DNA of 10,756 nucleotides from a virus (Duplodnaviria; Heunggongvirae; Uroviricota; Caudoviricetes): IMG/VR virus record IMGVR_UViG_2541047931_000007; one strand, 5' to 3'. Shown piece by piece: positions 7,332 to 10,756 of this stretch (position 1 is its first letter; each line of letters starts with the position of its first letter). The notes under the pieces were generated by a model. It saw only the letters and a program-made list of their open reading frames with translations, ran no database searches and was not told where the DNA came from. The position numbers and the translations under genes were made by a program.

Positions 7332-8029
7332 TGCAGGATATTCACGAAGAAAGTCTGAGCGAGTCGGTTAAATCAGAGCAGTCACCGCGGGTGGTACTCT
7401 GGGAAATCGACCTGACGGTACAGGGCGGTGAGCGGTATTTTTTCTGTAATGAGCTGAATGAAAAAGGGGAGCCGGTCACCTGGCAGGGGCGGCAATATCA
7501 GGCATACCCGATTGACGGCAGCGGTTTTGAGATGAGCGGGAAGGGCAGCAGTGCCAGACCGTCGCTGACGGTGTCCAATCTGTTCGGTCTGGTCACCGGG
7601 ATGGCGGAAGACCTGCAGAGTCTGGTGGGGGCCACGGTGGTCCGCCGCCGGGTGTATGCCCGTTTTCTGGATGCGGTGAATTTCGTTGCGGGCAATCCGG
7701 AGGCCGACCCGGAGCAGGAGCTGACGGACCGGTGGGTGGTGGAGCAGATGTCAGCGCTGACAGCCATGACGGCCTCGTTTGTGCTGGCCACACCGACCGA
7801 GACGGACGGGGCGCTGTTTCCCGGTCGTATCATGCTGGCGAACACCTGTATGTGGACCTACCGCTCTGATGAGTGTGGTTACACGGGCGGGGCTGTGGCG
7901 GATGAGTTCGATAAACCCACCACGGATATCCGTAAGGACAGATGCAGCAAGTGCATGCGCGGGTGTGAACTGCGCAGGAATGTCGGCAATTTTGGCGGTT
8001 TCCTTTCCATTAATAAACTTTCGCAGTAA
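7331..8029 (+). CDS. Tail tip assembly protein (lambda gpL-like) with C-terminal cysteine cluster
   Basis: 232 aa; ATG 7331 overlaps the M-like stop (TGATG). VVLWEIDLT...GGERYFFCNE...C-terminal CSKCMRGC...NVGNFGGFLSINKLSQ is strongly lambda-L-like from memory. The cysteine cluster is consistent with the metal/Fe-S site reported for lambda gpL. Confidence 0.85.
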   Translation: MQDIHEESLSESVKSEQSPRVVLWEIDLTVQGGERYFFCNELNEKGEPVTWQGRQYQAYPIDGSGFEMSGKGSSARPSLTVSNLFGLVTGMAEDLQSLVGATVVRRRVYARFLDAVNFVAGNPEADPEQELTDRWVVEQMSALTAMTASFVLATPTETDGALFPGRIMLANTCMWTYRSDECGYTGGAVADEFDKPTTDIRKDRCSKCMRGCELRRNVGNFGGFLSINKLSQ

Positions 8030-8039
8030 ATCCCGGTTT

Positions 8040-8783
8040 ATGACACAGACTGAATCAGCGATTCTGGCACATGCCCGGCGGTGTGCGCCTGCGGAGTCGT
8101 GCGGCTTCGTGATAAGCACGCCGGAGGGGGAGTGGTATATCCCTTGTGTGAATATTTCCGCGGAGCCGGAGGCGTATTTTCGTATCGCACCGGAAGACTG
8201 GCTGCGGGCAGAGATGCAGGGGGAGATTGTGGCACTGGTCCACAGTCATCCCGGTGGGCTGCCCTGGCTGAGCGAGGCTGACCGGCGGCTGCAGATAAAA
8301 AGCGCACTGCCCTGGTGGCTGGTCTGCCGGGGTGACATTCACAAATTCCGCTGTGTGCCACATCTGACGGGACGGCGCTTTGAGCACGGGGTGACGGACT
8401 GTTACACGCTGTTCCGGGATGCTTATCATCTGGCGGGGACTGAAATGCCGGATTTTCATCGCGAGGATGACTGGTGGCGCAACGGCCAGAACCTTTACCT
8501 GGACAATATGGCGGTCACCGGCTTTTACCGGGTGCCCCTGTCCTCTGCACAGGCGGGCGATATTCTGCTGTGCTGCTTTGGTGCTTCGGTACCGAACCAT
8601 GCCGCCATTTACTGCGGTAACGGTGAGCTGCTTCACCATCTGCCTGAACAACTGAGTAAACGGGAGAGGTATTCCGAAAAATGGCAACGACGAACGCATT
8701 CTGTCTGGCGTCACCGCCACTGGCACGCATCTGCCTTCACGGGGATTTACAACGATTTGGCCGCCGCCTCAGCCTGTATGTGA
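8040..8783 (+). CDS. Tail tip assembly protein (lambda gpK-like): N-terminal JAMM/MPN metalloprotease motif plus C-terminal NlpC/P60-like domain
   Basis: Start chosen at ATG 8040, 11 nt after the L-like stop; the track ORF from 7779 is an in-frame upstream extension inside the L-like gene. 247 aa. Exact JAMM motif H-S-H-x7-S-x2-D (HSHPGGLPWLSEAD, nt 8241-8282); C-terminal DCYTLFRDAYH and NHAAIYCG fit an NlpC/P60 Cys-His core. Confidence 0.85.
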   Translation: MTQTESAILAHARRCAPAESCGFVISTPEGEWYIPCVNISAEPEAYFRIAPEDWLRAEMQGEIVALVHSHPGGLPWLSEADRRLQIKSALPWWLVCRGDIHKFRCVPHLTGRRFEHGVTDCYTLFRDAYHLAGTEMPDFHREDDWWRNGQNLYLDNMAVTGFYRVPLSSAQAGDILLCCFGASVPNHAAIYCGNGELLHHLPEQLSKRERYSEKWQRRTHSVWRHRHWHASAFTGIYNDLAAASACM

Positions 8784-9361
8784 ACACGGCAGCGGAAGCC
8801 ATTCGCGCCCTGTCGATGCAGATGCCGGGCTTTCGCCGTCAGATGAACGAAGGCTGGTACCAGATACGTATTGCCGGTGATGACACGGCACCGGAGGCGG
8901 TGTACGCCCGTCTTCACGAACAGCTGGGTGAGGGAACGGTCATCCACATTGTGCCGCGACTGGCCGGGGCCGGAAAGGGTGGACTGCAGATTGTGCTGGG
9001 GGCGGCAGCCATCGTGGGCTCTTTCTTCACGGCCGGTGCCTCGATGGCGTTATGGGGTACAGCCCTGAGTGCCGGCGGTTTTTCTGCCACCACAATGCTG
9101 TTTTCACTGGGTGCCAGCATGATACTGGGCGGTGTGGCCCAGATGCTGGCCCCGAAGGCAAAAACACCGGATTACCGCGCAACGGATAACGGCAGACAGA
9201 ACACGTACTTTTCCTCGCTGGATAACATGATTGCCCAGGGGAACCCGATGCCGGTGCCTTACGGGGAAATGCTGGTTGGCTCCCGCCGTATATCCCAGGA
9301 CATCAGCACCCGTGATGAAGGCGGGGGCGGAAAGGTCGTGGTTATCGGGCGGCAGGGGTAA
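8681..9361 (+). CDS. Tail tip assembly protein (lambda gpI-like)
   Basis: 226 aa. The start lies inside the 3' end of the K-like gene in another frame (103-nt overlap 8681-8783). Motifs ICLHGDLQRFGRR, QIVLGAAAIVGSFFTAG and NTYFSSLDNMIAQGN match my recollection of lambda gpI. Confidence 0.85.
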   Translation: MATTNAFCLASPPLARICLHGDLQRFGRRLSLYVNTAAEAIRALSMQMPGFRRQMNEGWYQIRIAGDDTAPEAVYARLHEQLGEGTVIHIVPRLAGAGKGGLQIVLGAAAIVGSFFTAGASMALWGTALSAGGFSATTMLFSLGASMILGGVAQMLAPKAKTPDYRATDNGRQNTYFSSLDNMIAQGNPMPVPYGEMLVGSRRISQDISTRDEGGGGKVVVIGRQG

Positions 9362-9368
9362 AAAGAAT

Positions 9369-9407
9369 AAAAAAATCCCGCAGTGATCGCGGACAGGAAC
9401 TGCGGGA
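9369..9407 (-). terminator. Minus-strand intrinsic terminator: 8-bp stem tcccgcag/ctgcggga with a T7 run on the minus strand (A-run 9369-9375 on +)
   Basis: Stem 9376-9383 pairs with 9400-9407 around a 16-nt loop. The U-tract exists only for leftward transcription, so the element would stop transcripts entering the tail operon from the right. Confidence 0.45.
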
Positions 9408-9588
9408 GAGTTACGAAGATTAAGTGTAAGGAATTATTCTTATGTCACGACAAAAAAAATTAACGCAGAGAAATTATAAGTGCCACAGGGATTTTGTGAA
9501 AATGTGAAGATATTCAGAGTTTTTCTGTTTGTTCTTCTGGCGAGAGCGGATTCATTGACTGGTGGAGAAAAGGTAAGGGGGCAGCTCC

Positions 9589-10756
9589 CATAAGCGCTAA
9601 CTTAAGGGTTGTGGTATTACGCCTGATATGATTTAACGTGCCGATGAATTACTCTCACGATAACTGGTCAGCAATTCTGGCCCATATTGGTAAGCCCGAA
9701 GAACTGGATACTTCGGCACGTAATGCCGGGGCTCTAACCCGCCGCCGCGAAATTCGTGATGCTGCAACTCTGCTACGTCTGGGGCTGGCTTACGGCCCCG
9801 GGGGGATGTCATTACGTGAAGTCACTGCATGGGCTCAGCTCCATGACGTTGCAACATTATCTGACGTGGCTCTCCTGAAGCGGCTGCGGAATGCCGCCGA
9901 CTGGTTTGGCATACTTGCCGCACAAACACTTGCTGTACGCGCCGCAGTTACGGGTTGTACAAGCGGAAAGAGATTGCGTCTTGTCGATGGAACAGCAATC
10001 AGTGCGCCCGGGGGCGGCAGCGCTGAATGGCGACTACATATGGGATATGATCCTCATACCTGTCAGTTCACTGATTTTGAGCTAACCGACAGCAGAGACG
10101 CTGAACGGCTGGACCGATTTGCGCAAACGGCAGACGAGATACGCATTGCTGACCGGGGATTCGGTTCGCGTCCCGAATGTATCCGCTCACTTGCTTTTGG
10201 AGAAGCTGATTATATCGTCCGGGTTCACTGGCGAGGATTGCGCTGGTTAACTGCAGAAGGAATGCGCTTTGACATGATGGGTTTTCTGCGCGGGCTGGAT
10301 TGCGGTAAGAACGGTGAAACCACTGTAATGATAGGCAATTCAGGTAATAAAAAAGCCGGAGCTCCCTTTCCGGCACGTCTCATTGCCGTATCACTTCCTC
10401 CCGAAAAAGCATTAATCAGTAAAACCCGACTGCTCAGCGAGAATCGTCGAAAAGGACGAGTAGTTCAGGCGGAAACGCTGGAAGCAGCGGGCCATGTGCT
10501 ATTGCTAACATCATTACCGGAAGATGAATATTCAGCAGAGCAAGTGGCTGATTGTTACCGTCTGCGATGGCAAATTGAACTGGCTTTTAAGCGGCTCAAA
10601 AGTTTGCTGCACCTGGATGCTTTGCGTGCAAAGGAACCTGAACTCGCGAAAGCGTGGATATTTGCTAATCTACTCGCCGCATTTTTAATTGACGACATAA
10701 TCCAGCCATCGCTGGATTTCCCCCCCAGAAGTGCCGGATCCGAAAAGAAGAACTAA
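9589..10756 (+). mobile_element. IS186-like insertion sequence (IS4 family), left end plus complete transposase gene; right end lies beyond the window
   Basis: Left terminus begins cataagcgctaacttaagggttg at about 9589, matching my recollection of the IS186 terminal inverted repeat. The transposase ORF begins 55 nt inside. The IS is preceded by GGGGGCAGCTCCC, consistent with the GC-rich GGGG(N)CCC-type target preference reported for IS186. The exact boundary is uncertain by a few nt. Confidence 0.8.
9644..10756 (+). CDS. insL: IS186/IS4-family DDE transposase (InsL-like)
   Basis: Start chosen at ATG 9644 (MNYSHDNWSAILAHIGKPEELDTSARNAG...), giving 370 aa ending at the window's last codon (TAA 10754-10756). 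The track's 9638 start is an in-frame GTG two codons upstream. The sequence matches IS186 transposase from memory, including the C-terminal YRLRWQIELAFKRLK motif typical of IS4-family enzymes. Confidence 0.85.
   Translation: MNYSHDNWSAILAHIGKPEELDTSARNAGALTRRREIRDAATLLRLGLAYGPGGMSLREVTAWAQLHDVATLSDVALLKRLRNAADWFGILAAQTLAVRAAVTGCTSGKRLRLVDGTAISAPGGGSAEWRLHMGYDPHTCQFTDFELTDSRDAERLDRFAQTADEIRIADRGFGSRPECIRSLAFGEADYIVRVHWRGLRWLTAEGMRFDMMGFLRGLDCGKNGETTVMIGNSGNKKAGAPFPARLIAVSLPPEKALISKTRLLSENRRKGRVVQAETLEAAGHVLLLTSLPEDEYSAEQVADCYRLRWQIELAFKRLKSLLHLDALRAKEPELAKAWIFANLLAAFLIDDIIQPSLDFPPRSAGSEKKN

Noticed and set aside
7779-8039. Upstream extension of the K-like ORF (track start 7779)
   Set aside because: The extension lies inside the L-like gene in another frame; the ATG at 8040 sits just after the L-like stop and begins the K-like N-terminus.
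7498-8361. Minus-strand ORFs (115, 66, 122, 107 aa) across the L-like and K-like genes, and 8055-8726 minus (223 aa)
   Set aside because: Antisense to strongly supported genes, low-complexity and Pro/Arg-rich, with no independent support.
9443-9589. Possible 3' end of a leftward gene interrupted by the IS (minus-strand frame open 9589 down to 9443)
   Set aside because: I translated it by hand (…NIFTFSQNPCGTYNFSALIFFVVT*); it is low-complexity and does not resemble a real C-terminus, and the other two minus frames contain stops. The spacer is probably non-coding.
9638-9643. GTG at 9638 as transposase start (track ORF MPMNYSHD...)
   Set aside because: The ATG at 9644 gives a 370-aa product matching the expected IS186 transposase length; the GTG is only two codons upstream and has no better ribosome binding site.
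1-10756. Searched for CRISPR repeats, tRNA-like cloverleaf segments, att-site-like direct repeats and defence or toxin-antitoxin gene pairs
   Set aside because: No regularly spaced short repeats, no tRNA-like sequence and no small two-gene cassettes were seen; apart from the IS the window is an uninterrupted structural operon, so no defence or moron cargo can be supported.

Overview
The window reads as the morphogenesis (head-tail joining and tail) module of a lambdoid siphovirus prophage, all on the + strand and tightly packed with ATGA/GTGA-type overlaps, ending in an IS186-like insertion sequence. In order: 3' end of a repeat-containing structural protein; gp6-like head-tail connector; head-closure/adaptor; HK97 gp10-like protein; tail-completion protein; major tail tube protein with a C-terminal Ig-like domain; tail assembly chaperone pair (G-like and a -1 frameshift GT-like fusion); a 1080-aa tape measure protein; and lambda M-, L-, K- and I-like tail-tip assembly genes. 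After the I-like gene the phage module stops: there is no J-like central tail fibre gene, only a 227-bp AT-rich spacer with a minus-strand terminator, then the left end and complete transposase of an IS186-like (IS4 family) element that runs off the window. I found no CRISPR array, tRNA/rRNA gene, or recognisable defence or toxin-antitoxin system. The most unusual items are the partial repeat protein at the left edge and the truncated, IS-bounded tail module. All homology statements are from reading the translations and from memory of the protein families; no database search was run.
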